A DNA stretch of 64,000 nucleotides from Vicinamibacteria bacterium. Its GTDB lineage: Bacteria > Acidobacteriota > Vicinamibacteria > Marinacidobacterales > Marinacidobacteraceae. The position numbers and the translations under genes were made by a program. The DNA lies in assembly GCA_963555995.3 (NCBI GenBank), contig OY821641.1, forward strand, positions 1,984,001 to 2,048,000, in the 5' to 3' direction. Under the pieces are notes generated by a model, which saw nothing but the letters and a program-made list of their open reading frames with translations, searched no databases and was not told the DNA's origin. Below are positions 47,792 to 59,714 of the stretch, piece after piece; within the stretch, counting starts at the first letter, position 1, and the number at the start of each line of letters is the position of its first letter.

Positions 47792-49852
47792 CTAGGGGCT
47801 CTCTTCGTCGGTGGTGGCCTCCATGTCCTCGTCGTCGTCGCCGGGGGCGGTCTCCCACTCGTACTCGATCCCGCGCGCGTGGCGCTCGAACCAGTCAATC
47901 TCCACGTTCACCTTGAAGAGCTCGTGGCGGAGTTCCCGCCAGCCGTGGGGCTCCCGCGGCGCGATGTAGAGGTGGGTGTCCACCCCGTTCGACTTGAGCG
48001 CCCGGTAGAGCTCCACCGACTGCTCGGGCGGGACCCGGACGTCGTTCTCCCCGACGAGCACGATCGTCGGCGTGGTCACCTTGTAGATGTCCTTGAGCGG
48101 CGAGTGCCCCCAGTAGGTGTCAATGGGCGCATCCTCCTGCCACGGCGTCCCCCCGAACCACGGGGTCCGGTAGATCCGCACGTCGCTCGTTCCGTACATC
48201 GAGATCCAGTTCACCGCGCCGGCGCCCGACGCCGCCGCCTTGAAGCGGTCGGTGTGGGTGATGATCTTGTTGGTCATGTGGCCGCCGCCGCTCCAGCCCA
48301 TCTTGGCCATGCGGTCGCCGTCCACGATCCCGAGCTCGATCAGGTGGTCCACGCCGGTCATCACGTCGAGGTGGGACTGGCGGTAGTAGTGGCCCACCAT
48401 GTCCCGGAGGACCTCGTCGCCGTAGCCGGTGCTCCCCCGGTAGTTGGGCTTGAACACCGCCCAGCCGCGCGCGGTCAGCACCTGCACGTAGCTGCTCCAC
48501 CGTCCGAAACCGAACTTGTCGGAGGCCGCCGGCCCGCCGTGGGTCTGGACGACCAGCGGATAGCGCTGCCCCTCCTGGTAGTCGAGGGGGTAGTAGAGGA
48601 GCCCCTCCACCTCCGCGCCGTCGTCGCCCATCCAGCGGATCGCCTCCTGGACCGGCAGCTCGAAGGTCTCGGCGAGGTAGTCGAACACGCTCGTGACCTT
48701 CACCGGGTCGCCGCCGGCGGCGGGCAGCAGGTGCAGGTCGCCGTTGTTCTCGCGGTTGCTGATCCCGAAGACGTGCTTCCCGGCGGCCGCGGAGAAGTTC
48801 CAGCCGGTGAGCGAGTGGTCGCCGGCGGTGAGCGCCGTCGGCGCGTCGTCGTCCAGCGCGCCGTGGAAGAGCTCGGTGCGGACGCCGGTGTTCGCCGTGA
48901 AGTAGATCGAGCCGTCGGGCGCCCAGCGCGCGCTGTTCACCTCGTGCGGCATGTCCTCGTAGATCACCCGGTGCGCGCCGCCGGCGGCCGGCAGCACGAA
49001 GATGTTGTCGTTGAAGTAGGTCTCGAAGTCGGCGCTGGAGTCCGAGAGGAACATCACCTGGGTCCCGTCGGGAGAGAGCTGGGCGCCGAACTCGCTGACC
49101 GTGTTGTCCGTCAACTGGACGGCGTTGCCGCCGTCCGCGTCCATGAGCCAGACCTCGCCCTCGTCCCGGTTGTCCACCAGCGGGCTGACGGACCGGTGGT
49201 GCGCGATGCGCAGGCCGTCATCGGAGAGCCGGAACCCGATCACCGAGTAGTCGCCCCCGGTGAGGCGCTCGCCCTTCTGCGGCCCGTCGCCGTCCGCCGC
49301 CACCCGGAAGAGGTGGCGCTGCTTGTAGTCCTCGTCGAAGGCGAAGACATCGTCCTGGAGCCGGTCCTTCTTCTTCTCCTCCGCGCTCTTCGGATCGGGG
49401 GCGACGAAGAAGATGTGCTTGCCGTCGGGCGAGAACTGGAACGACCCCACCGAACTGTCGTGCTCGGTGAGCGGGGAGGCCTCCCCTCCCCGGTTCCGCA
49501 TCACGTAGATCTGGGTGTGCTCGTCCTCGCCGCGCTTCGCGAGAAAGGCGACGCGGGCGCCGTCCGGGGACCAGCGGGGGCTGGACTCGCCGTCCTCCCC
49601 GTTCGTGAGCTGGACCTCGCCGCTGCCGTCGGCATCAATCCGGTAGATGTGCGTCGTGCGGCCGTTCTTCTTCCAGTCCGTGTCGGTCCGGGTGAAGAGG
49701 ATCTGGCTGCCGTCGGGGGAGAGGCGCGGGCTCCCCAGCGAGGGCACGTCAATCAGCTCGACGATCGTCATGGGGCGTTTGTCCTGCCCCGACGCGAGCG
49801 CCGCGACCAGCAGTCCGCAGGACAGATAGAAGGGAAAACGAAGACGGAGCAT
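47792..49852 (-). CDS. S9 family peptidase (paralog 2)
   Basis: GWSGGG nucleophile; highly similar to paralog 1. Confidence 0.93.
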   Translation of the reverse strand: MLRLRFPFYLSCGLLVAALASGQDKRPMTIVELIDVPSLGSPRLSPDGSQILFTRTDTDWKKNGRTTHIYRIDADGSGEVQLTNGEDGESSPRWSPDGARVAFLAKRGEDEHTQIYVMRNRGGEASPLTEHDSSVGSFQFSPDGKHIFFVAPDPKSAEEKKKDRLQDDVFAFDEDYKQRHLFRVAADGDGPQKGERLTGGDYSVIGFRLSDDGLRIAHHRSVSPLVDNRDEGEVWLMDADGGNAVQLTDNTVSEFGAQLSPDGTQVMFLSDSSADFETYFNDNIFVLPAAGGAHRVIYEDMPHEVNSARWAPDGSIYFTANTGVRTELFHGALDDDAPTALTAGDHSLTGWNFSAAAGKHVFGISNRENNGDLHLLPAAGGDPVKVTSVFDYLAETFELPVQEAIRWMGDDGAEVEGLLYYPLDYQEGQRYPLVVQTHGGPAASDKFGFGRWSSYVQVLTARGWAVFKPNYRGSTGYGDEVLRDMVGHYYRQSHLDVMTGVDHLIELGIVDGDRMAKMGWSGGGHMTNKIITHTDRFKAAASGAGAVNWISMYGTSDVRIYRTPWFGGTPWQEDAPIDTYWGHSPLKDIYKVTTPTIVLVGENDVRVPPEQSVELYRALKSNGVDTHLYIAPREPHGWRELRHELFKVNVEIDWFERHARGIEYEWETAPGDDDEDMEATTDEESP

Positions 49853-49922
49853 CACGGAACCTCCCGGACACACCATTGTCCCACGGTCTCCGGGTAGCGA
49901 TTCAACCGTCGCCGGGGGGCTA

Positions 49923-50103
49923 GCAGCCGGTGGACAAAGTCACGCGGCATTCGAACGCCGATGCATCCCGCCTGAACCGCGCCTCTACGAGGCGCTCTGC
50001 GTTGCGTTTCGGTCGGAATACACCCGGTATTCCTCCCTCACGCGCCGTGTCAGCCGGGCGCCTCGCCGCTCTCGGCGCTCACGGGGGTTTCACCACAGGA
50101 TGC
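49923..50103 (+). mobile_element. 181-bp MITE, copy 3 (degenerate ends)
   Basis: TA|GCAGCCGGTGG...CCACAGGATGC|TG; core nearly identical to copy 1. Confidence 0.85.
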
Positions 50104-50133
50104 TGGACCGCAGGCTAGAATCGCCCCCGTCGG

Positions 50134-51060
50134 ATGCGCATTGGAATCACCGGAGCGACCGGCCTGATCGGCGGGGCTCTCGCCTCGGAACTGGCCGGCC
50201 GCGGCCACGAGGTCGTGGCGCTGACCCGGCGCGCCGGCGCGCCCAGCGGTTTGCCGCCGGGAGTCCGCGCGGCGCAGTGGAACCCCGGCGGTGACGGAAC
50301 CGACGCCGGCCTGGTGGGCGTGCTGGAGGAACTCGACGCCCTGGTCCACCTCGCCGGGGAACCGGTCGGGAAACGCTGGACGGCCGCCCGGAAACGCGCC
50401 ATTCGGGAGAGCCGGGTCGGAGGCACGAAGGCCCTGGCGGCAGCGCTCGCCGCTGCCCGGAAACGGCCGGCGCGCCTGCTCGCGGCTTCCGCCGTGGGGT
50501 TCTACGGACCGCGCGGCGACGAGGAACTCGGTGAGGACGCGCCTCCCGGGACCGACTTCCTCGCCGAGGTGTGCGCGGAGTGGGAGGACGCCAGCGCCGG
50601 CGCCCGTCAGGCGGAGGTCGAGACGGTCCTGATGCGGATCGGGGTCGTGCTCTCCCCGCGCGGCGGCGCGCTGGCCACCATGCTGCCCCCCTTCCGCATG
50701 GGGGTGGGCGGCCGGCTCGGGAGCGGGCGCCAGTGGATGCCCTGGATCCACCTCGACGACGTGACGGGCGCGATGGCGCACCTGCTGGAGGCGCCGGCCG
50801 GATCCCTCGAACCGGTCTACAACCTCACCGCCCCGAACCCGGTCACCAATGCAGAGTTCACCAAGGCCCTCGGCAAGGCGCTCCGGCGACCCACCATCTT
50901 TCCGGTACCCGGATTCGGCATGCGCCTCGCATTCGGCGAGATGGCCGGCGCGCTGCTGCTCTCCGGGCAACGGGTCGTTCCCCGGCGGCTGCTCGCCTCC
51001 GGCTTCGAGTTCCGCCACCCCGAGGTCGGGCCGGCGCTGATGGACCTGGTGGGGAACTGA
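50134..51060 (+). CDS. TIGR01777 family NAD-dependent epimerase/oxidoreductase
   Basis: ITGATGLIG, RWT..RK..I.ESR, ASAVGFYG, GSGRQWMPWIH. Confidence 0.92.
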   Translation: MRIGITGATGLIGGALASELAGRGHEVVALTRRAGAPSGLPPGVRAAQWNPGGDGTDAGLVGVLEELDALVHLAGEPVGKRWTAARKRAIRESRVGGTKALAAALAAARKRPARLLAASAVGFYGPRGDEELGEDAPPGTDFLAEVCAEWEDASAGARQAEVETVLMRIGVVLSPRGGALATMLPPFRMGVGGRLGSGRQWMPWIHLDDVTGAMAHLLEAPAGSLEPVYNLTAPNPVTNAEFTKALGKALRRPTIFPVPGFGMRLAFGEMAGALLLSGQRVVPRRLLASGFEFRHPEVGPALMDLVGN

Positions 51061-53385
51061 GTGCCCGGTTCCCGAAGGACGCCGGGCCGGGCGGCGGCGG
51101 GCCGCCGGTTCGCCCGGATCCTGATCGTCGTCTTCCTGTTCGGGGCGACCGCGGTCGCCGGCGCCATGCTGGGGCTGCTCGCCGCCTACCAGAGCGACAT
51201 CCCGCTGATCGAGGAACTCGAAGCCTACGAGGGCACGGCGACGACCATCGTGTACGACCGCGACGGCGCCGAGATCGGACAGTTCGCGGTCGAGCGCCGG
51301 ATCGAGGTGGAGTACGAGGAACTGCCGCAGCACGTCCGCGACGCCTTCGTGGCGTTCGAGGACCAGCGTTTCTGGCGGCACTTCGGCTTCGACCCCCTGG
51401 GAATCGCGCGGGCGATCTGGGACAACTTCCGGGCGGGCCGCATCGTCTCCGGCGCCAGCACGATCACCCAGCAGGTCGCCCGTCAACTGTTCCTGAACCG
51501 CGAGGAGACGCTGGAGCGGAAGATCAAGGAGGCCATCACCGCCTTCCGCATCGAGCGCGCCTACCGCAAGGAAGAGATCCTCACCTTCCACGCGAACCAG
51601 GTCTTCCTGGGGTACAACAACTTCGGCATCGAGGCGGCGGCGCAGTTCTATCTGGACAAGGGGGCGTCCGAGCTGTCGGTGGGGGAGGCGGCGATGCTGA
51701 CCGGCCTCGCTCCCAACCCCGGCCGGTTCAACCCGTACCGCAACCGCGAGGTGGCGGAACGCCGGCGGGACATGGTGATCGAGCGGATGGTCGCCGAGGG
51801 GTATCTCGACACAGATGCCGCGGCGGCGGCCCGAGCGGAGCCGATCCGGCTGCGGCCGCGGGGCGCCGACCCGTTCGCTCCGCACTTCATGGAGATGGTG
51901 CGCGCCTACCTGCGCGACCACTACGGAGACTCGAGGACCTACCGCGGCGGTCTCCGGGTGTACACGACGCTCGACAGCCGGATGCAGCGGACCGCCACCG
52001 AGGCGGTGGAGATGGCGCTCCGCGCCCACGACAAGCGGATGGGATTCCGGGGGTTCGCGAAGAACGTCCTCGACGAGGGGCTCGAACCGGTGGAGTACGA
52101 GGACGATTCGTGGAGCGCTCCCCTCGCCCTCGGCTCGGTGGTGCGCGGGGTGGTCACCGCCGCGGGGCCGGAGCCGGAGATTCGGATCGCGGACTACCGG
52201 GGCGGGGTGGACCGGGAGGCGCTCGCCTGGACCTTCCGGAGCGCCGACGAGCTCTTCCGGGTCGGAGACGTGGGGTGGTTCCGCATTCTGGCCAACGATC
52301 CGGAACCGGGGGACGAAACGGGAGACTCCGAAGCGGGGCGGCTCGATCTGGAACGGCCCCTCTTCGTGCGGCTCGAGCAGGAACCGCTGGCCGAGGGCGC
52401 CTTCCTGGCGCTCGACATCGCCACCGGGGCCATCCAGGCCGTGGTCGGGGGGTTCGACTTCGAGCGCAGCGAGTTCAACCGGGCCCTCCAGGCGCGCCGG
52501 CAGCCGGGGTCGTCGTTCAAGCCCTTCGCCTACGGGGCCGCGCTCGCGACCGGGCGGCTGGCGCCGACCTCGCTGCTGCTGGACGAGCCGTTCACCTGGA
52601 TTGATCCGGTCAGCGACGAGCCCTACGAACCCCAGAACTACGACGGGGAACACCTCGGCTGGATCACCATGCGGAGGGCGTTCGAGGGTTCGCGCAACGT
52701 GCCGGCGGTGCGGATGGTCCACGACGTCGGCCCGGAGAACGTCGTGGCGCTGGCGCGCCGCCTGGGCATCCGGGGAGAGATGCTCCCGGTGCTCTCGATC
52801 ACGCTCGGCTCGAGCGGCGTGACCCTGCTGGAGATGATCTCCGCCTACAGCGCGTTCCCCAACCAGGGCGTCCGGATGGAGCCGTTCTTCGTCTCCCGGA
52901 TCACGGACCGCGACGGCCGGGAGCTGGAGCGGTTCTATCCCGAGACCGCCTCGGTGATCCCGGCGGACCTCGCCTACGTCATCACCCACCTGCTGGAGGG
53001 GGTGGTGGCGCGCGGCACGGCGGTGCGGGCGCGCCAGGTCGGCCGTCCGGTGGCGGGCAAGACCGGCACCACCAACGAGTTCACCGACGCCTGGTTCATC
53101 GGCTTCGACCCCGAGATCGCCGCCGGCGTCTGGGTCGGCAACGACGGCAACGAGACGCTCGGAGAGCGGGAGAGCGGGGCCCGGGTGGCGCTGCCGGCGT
53201 GGGTGCACTTCATGCAGAACGGACGCGCCGACCCGCCCCGGCAGGGTTTCCCGGCGCCGCCCACCGTGGCGCTCGTCCAGGTGGACCTCGAGAGCGGACA
53301 GCCATCCGGCGGCGGGCCCAACAGCATTCTCGAAGCCTTCCTTCCCGGCACCGAACCGGTCACGGGTTACGACCACGATCGCTAG
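51061..53385 (+). CDS. mrcA: Penicillin-binding protein 1A
   Basis: EDQRF, GASTITQQ, RKIKE (transglycosylase); SSFK, SRN, KTGT (transpeptidase). Confidence 0.92.
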   Translation: MPGSRRTPGRAAAGRRFARILIVVFLFGATAVAGAMLGLLAAYQSDIPLIEELEAYEGTATTIVYDRDGAEIGQFAVERRIEVEYEELPQHVRDAFVAFEDQRFWRHFGFDPLGIARAIWDNFRAGRIVSGASTITQQVARQLFLNREETLERKIKEAITAFRIERAYRKEEILTFHANQVFLGYNNFGIEAAAQFYLDKGASELSVGEAAMLTGLAPNPGRFNPYRNREVAERRRDMVIERMVAEGYLDTDAAAAARAEPIRLRPRGADPFAPHFMEMVRAYLRDHYGDSRTYRGGLRVYTTLDSRMQRTATEAVEMALRAHDKRMGFRGFAKNVLDEGLEPVEYEDDSWSAPLALGSVVRGVVTAAGPEPEIRIADYRGGVDREALAWTFRSADELFRVGDVGWFRILANDPEPGDETGDSEAGRLDLERPLFVRLEQEPLAEGAFLALDIATGAIQAVVGGFDFERSEFNRALQARRQPGSSFKPFAYGAALATGRLAPTSLLLDEPFTWIDPVSDEPYEPQNYDGEHLGWITMRRAFEGSRNVPAVRMVHDVGPENVVALARRLGIRGEMLPVLSITLGSSGVTLLEMISAYSAFPNQGVRMEPFFVSRITDRDGRELERFYPETASVIPADLAYVITHLLEGVVARGTAVRARQVGRPVAGKTGTTNEFTDAWFIGFDPEIAAGVWVGNDGNETLGERESGARVALPAWVHFMQNGRADPPRQGFPAPPTVALVQVDLESGQPSGGGPNSILEAFLPGTEPVTGYDHDR

Positions 53386-53556
53386 TGCGGTGTCCCACAA
53401 GTCCTGCGGTATTCGAGCGGCGATGCATCCCGCCTGACCGCTTCGCTCGGCGTTCCGAATCCATCGGAATACACTCGGTATTCCTCCGGATTCGCGCCTT
53501 GTCAGGCGGGCGCCTCCCCGCTCTCGATAACTCACAGGATTTGCGGGACACCACAC
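53385..53556 (+). mobile_element. 172-bp MITE sharing the core of the 181-bp family but with different TIRs
   Basis: GTGCGGTGTCCCACAAGTCCTG ... CAGGATTTGCGGGACACCACAC. Confidence 0.75.
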
Positions 53557-53610
53557 AAGGCGCGCGTCCCGCCTCGCCGCGGGCCAAGCGCCCCTGAGCC
53601 CACTCACTCC

Positions 53611-54228
53611 ATGAACAAGAAACTCCTCCTTCTCGGCTGCGGGCTCGCGCTCGGCGCGCTCCTCCTGGTGGCCGTCATCCTGTTCTTCTACGTCTCTTCG
53701 GCCTACAACGGCCTGGTGTCGCTGGACGAAGCGGTGGCGGCCGGCTGGTCCCAGGTCGAAAACGTCTACCAGCGCCGCGCCGACCTGGTGCCGAACCTGG
53801 TGGCGACGGTCCAGGGCGCCGCCGACTTCGAACGGGAGACCCTCGAAGCCGTGATCTCGGCGCGGTCCCGCGCGACCGGCGTCCAGCTCTCCGCGGGCGA
53901 CCTGCAGAACCCGCAGGCGCTGGCGCAGTTCGAAGCGGCCCAGGGAGCGCTGTCGAGCGCGCTCTCCCGCCTCATGGTGGTCGTCGAGCGCTACCCCGAC
54001 ATCAAGGCCAACCAGAACTTCCTCAGCCTCCAGGACGAACTGGCCGGGACCGAGAACCGGATCGCGGTCGAACGCCGGCGCTTCAACGAGGCCGCCCAGG
54101 CCTACAACACCCGGCGGCGCGGATTCCCCACCCGCGTCGTGGCCGGCTTCTTCGACTTCGGCGAGGCGGCCTACTTCGAGGCCGAGGAGGGCGCCGAAAC
54201 GGCGCCCGAGGTGGACTTCAGCCGTTGA
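53611..54228 (+). CDS. lemA: LemA family protein
   Basis: YQRRADLVPNLV, ERYPDIKANQNF..LQ.EL.GTENRIAVER. Confidence 0.95.
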   Translation: MNKKLLLLGCGLALGALLLVAVILFFYVSSAYNGLVSLDEAVAAGWSQVENVYQRRADLVPNLVATVQGAADFERETLEAVISARSRATGVQLSAGDLQNPQALAQFEAAQGALSSALSRLMVVVERYPDIKANQNFLSLQDELAGTENRIAVERRRFNEAAQAYNTRRRGFPTRVVAGFFDFGEAAYFEAEEGAETAPEVDFSR

Positions 54229-55148
54229 ACGTCCGGTCTCCGCGGCGCGCGCTGGGCGCCGCCGTCCTCTGCCTCGCCATTCCGGGCGCGGGCTTCGCCC
54301 AGGAGACGCCGCTGCCGGAACTGACCGGCCGGGTGGTGGACCAGGCGGACCTGCTGTCTCCGGACGAAGCAAACCGGTTGGAGGGCTTTCTCGCCCGCCT
54401 CGAAGCCGAGACCTCGGTGCAGCTCGTCGTGGTCAGCGTTCCGCGGATCGAGGGCGCCATCGAGGACTTCAGCCTGCGGCTCGCGGAGGAATGGCGGATC
54501 GGTCAGTCCGAGACGGACAACGGCGCGCTCGTGGTGGTCTCGCGGGATGACCGCCGGGCGCGGATCGAGGTCGGCTACGGCCTGGAGGCGGTGATCCCCG
54601 ACGGCCTGGCCGGACGGATCATCCGCGACGAACTGGCGCCGCGGTTCGCCGCCGGAGACTTCGCGGACGGCTTCGGCGCCACCGCGGTGGCCATCGCGCA
54701 GGCGGCGCGGGGCGAATACCAGGGCGCCGGGAGCGGAACAAACCCGGCCGCGGGACGCCGCTCCGCCCGCCGCGGGGTCTCGACCCTGGTGCTGGTGGGC
54801 GCCCTGCTGCTGCTCCAGTTGCTGGGCTACATCGGCAACGCCTTCCATCCGGCCGGAGCCGCGGCGGCCGGGGGCGGCATCGCGGCGCTGCTCGGCTTCC
54901 TGATGATCGGGGTCGGCTCCCTCTTCTGGCTGGTGCCGCTCGGTCTCCTTTCCGGCTTCGGGGCCACGGCCTTCACCCGAGCGACCGCCGGCAGCCGCAG
55001 CGGCTGGGGCTACGCGGGGATTCCCGGCGGCGGCGGCATGCTCTGGGGATCCCCGGGGTTCCGCGGGGGTGGCTTCGGGGGTGGGCTCGGAGGCTTCGTC
55101 GGCGGGGGCGGCGGCTTCGGCGGCGGCGGCGCGAGCGGGAGCTGGTGA
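54225..55148 (+). CDS. TPM domain protein (YgcG-like)
   Basis: VVDQADLL, DNGAL, RIEVGYGLE..IPD, Gly-rich GGGGASGSW tail. Confidence 0.92.
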   Translation: MNVRSPRRALGAAVLCLAIPGAGFAQETPLPELTGRVVDQADLLSPDEANRLEGFLARLEAETSVQLVVVSVPRIEGAIEDFSLRLAEEWRIGQSETDNGALVVVSRDDRRARIEVGYGLEAVIPDGLAGRIIRDELAPRFAAGDFADGFGATAVAIAQAARGEYQGAGSGTNPAAGRRSARRGVSTLVLVGALLLLQLLGYIGNAFHPAGAAAAGGGIAALLGFLMIGVGSLFWLVPLGLLSGFGATAFTRATAGSRSGWGYAGIPGGGGMLWGSPGFRGGGFGGGLGGFVGGGGGFGGGGASGSW

Positions 55149-55176
55149 TGGGGAAAGGACTCCCTTCGGCCTGACC

Positions 55177-55629
55177 ATGCGCGTTCCGAAGCCGCTCCGC
55201 TCCCACCTGTCCGAGGAGGACCTCGACCGCATCGCGAGCGCGATTTCCGAAGCCGAGCGGGAGACCTCGGGGGAACTGCGGGTCCACGTGGTGGCGCGGC
55301 TCCTCCCGCTCGAAAACGCCCGCAAACGGGCGGTGCGCGAGTTCTTCCGGTTGGGCGTGGACCGGACGAAGGACGGCTCGGGCGTCCTGCTGTTCCTGGC
55401 GGTCCGGTCCCACCGGTTCGAGATCGTGGCCGACCAGGCGATCAACGAGAAGGTGGGCGAGGAAGCCTGGAACGAGATCGCGCTTGAAATCACGAGCCAC
55501 ATCCGCGAAAACGGCATCGGGGACGGCCTCGAGCACGGCGTTCGCCGCATCGGAGGCTTCCTTTCCGAGCACTTCCCGATCCAGCCCGACGACGTGAACG
55601 AGCTTCCGGACGAGGTCACGTTTGGCTGA
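55177..55629 (+). CDS. TPM domain protein (short)
   Basis: AE.ETSGELRVHV, GVLLFLAV, HFP...DD.NELPDE. Confidence 0.9.
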   Translation: MRVPKPLRSHLSEEDLDRIASAISEAERETSGELRVHVVARLLPLENARKRAVREFFRLGVDRTKDGSGVLLFLAVRSHRFEIVADQAINEKVGEEAWNEIALEITSHIRENGIGDGLEHGVRRIGGFLSEHFPIQPDDVNELPDEVTFG

Positions 55630-55843
55630 CCCGAATATAACAAGAACCGACTAATATCCTCGTGTCTCGCTCGTCCCAACGAATGATCGTATTGTCAACG
55701 ACTTATGGTGAAGTTGACAACGTATCACGCAATAAACGGCCCCGTGTGCTAGGCTCATGGCGCGTTCCGGCGTCCGCCGGAACGTACTCTCCGTCTTCCG
55801 GCTCCCGCCGGATACCGAACGCATTCGAGGGAGAAACGCTCCG

Positions 55844-58315
<2,472 letters not shown>

Positions 58316-58585
58316 CGTCGCGCGAACGAAGCGTCCCGCTTCGCTACCACGGCAATGAGCACCCGAAGCTCCCACGACTCTTCGGATGCGGGACGCTTCG
58401 CCCACGCGACGGTGGCGCGAATCGCTACGCGATCCGCACCATTTTTCGCGGGGAGGGGAGACCCCTCCCCGCACCCCACCCCGGCGGCGCTTCGCGCCGC
58501 CCGGCTGCGACCACGATTCGCCATCGGTTGCTGATTCCTTCGTACCCGTGACTCTCGACACGGCTCGTTGGGCGCGCGCAGACTG

Positions 58586-59500
58586 TTGAAATACCGCGAC
58601 TACTACGCCGTCCTGGGAATCGGGAAACAGGCCGACGCGCCGGCGATCAAGCAGGCGTACCGGCGCCTCGCGCGAAAGCACCATCCCGACCTGAATCCGG
58701 GCGACCGCCAGGCCGCGGAGCGCTTCAAGGAGATCGGGGAGGCCTACGAGGTGCTCTCCGACCCGGACCGGCGCCGCCGGTACGATCAACTCGGGCCCGA
58801 TTGGGCCCGGCACGTCCGCAGCGCCCGCCCGGGGACGGCCGGGGCGGCGGGCGGCCCGCCGCCCGACCCGCGCGCCTTCGGCGACTTCTCCAGTTTCTTC
58901 CTCCACCTGTTCGGGCCGGACTCGCCATTCGGTCCCCTCGAGGGAAGGACGCGGCGGGCGCCGGGATGGCCGCCTTCCGCCCGTTACCGGCCGCCGGGGC
59001 CGGCGGCGGATGCGGCCGCGCGGACCGGCGTCGTGGAGATCAGCCTCGAGGAGGCGTACCGCGGCGTGATCCGGCAACTCCACACCAGCCCGACCGGCTC
59101 CTGCCGGGTCCGGATTCCTCCGGGGGTCCGGGACGGCGCCCGGCTGAAGGTCCGGACGCCGGACGGCGACGCCATGCTCGCCGTGCGCATCGCCAGCCAC
59201 CCGCGGTTCCGGCGCGAGGGAGACAACCTCGAGATCGCCGTCCCGGTCCGCTTCGCGGAAGCGGCGCTCGGCGGGGAGATCGAGGTCCCCACGCTCGGGG
59301 ACCCCGTCCGCATCCGCATTCCGGCGGGAATCTCCGGGGGCGCCGCGCTCCGGGTCCCCGGACGGGGGATGCCCCGTCCCGGCGGGGGTCACGGCGACCT
59401 GGTGGTCCGGGTGCGGATCGCGGTTCCCCGGGACCTCACCCCGGAACAGAAGGACTTCGTCCGGCGTTTCGAAGCCAGCGAGACTTCCTCAGGGGAGTAG
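58586..59500 (+). CDS. DnaJ/CbpA-type J-domain protein lacking the zinc finger
   Basis: DYYAVLG, HPD motif, DnaJ_C domain; TTG start. Confidence 0.9.
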   Translation: MKYRDYYAVLGIGKQADAPAIKQAYRRLARKHHPDLNPGDRQAAERFKEIGEAYEVLSDPDRRRRYDQLGPDWARHVRSARPGTAGAAGGPPPDPRAFGDFSSFFLHLFGPDSPFGPLEGRTRRAPGWPPSARYRPPGPAADAAARTGVVEISLEEAYRGVIRQLHTSPTGSCRVRIPPGVRDGARLKVRTPDGDAMLAVRIASHPRFRREGDNLEIAVPVRFAEAALGGEIEVPTLGDPVRIRIPAGISGGAALRVPGRGMPRPGGGHGDLVVRVRIAVPRDLTPEQKDFVRRFEASETSSGE

Positions 59501-59513
59501 GGAAGAATCAGGG

Positions 59514-59711
59514 CGCGTGGCGGTGCGCCGTGCGCGGTGCGGAGCACCGCGCGTGCCGGTCTGGAGACCGGCGTTCCAGGCCGGGGGCGCCGCCTTCGCT
59601 CTTGAGCTCCGCGTCGAGGTGGGACCTGCCCTTTCCGCGTGGCGGTGCGCCGTGCGCGGTGCGGAGCACCGCGCGTGCCGGTCTGGAGACCGGCGTTCCA
59701 GGCCGGGGGCG
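59514..59711. repeat. Tandem REP units (121-bp period) between convergent genes
   Basis: ~77-bp block repeated identically. Confidence 0.85.
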
Positions 59712-59714
59712 TCA

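Noticed and set aside
50050-54372. 1440-aa minus-strand ORF and similar long ORFs (120-1340, 38303-40975, 47780-49897)
   Set aside because: Antisense shadows of well-supported genes, typical of high-GC codon bias; no recognisable domains.
58320-58520. Hairpin-rich intergenic segment between lon and the J-domain gene as an ncRNA or MITE
   Set aside because: Single copy in the window, with no clear TIR/TSD or known RNA motif.
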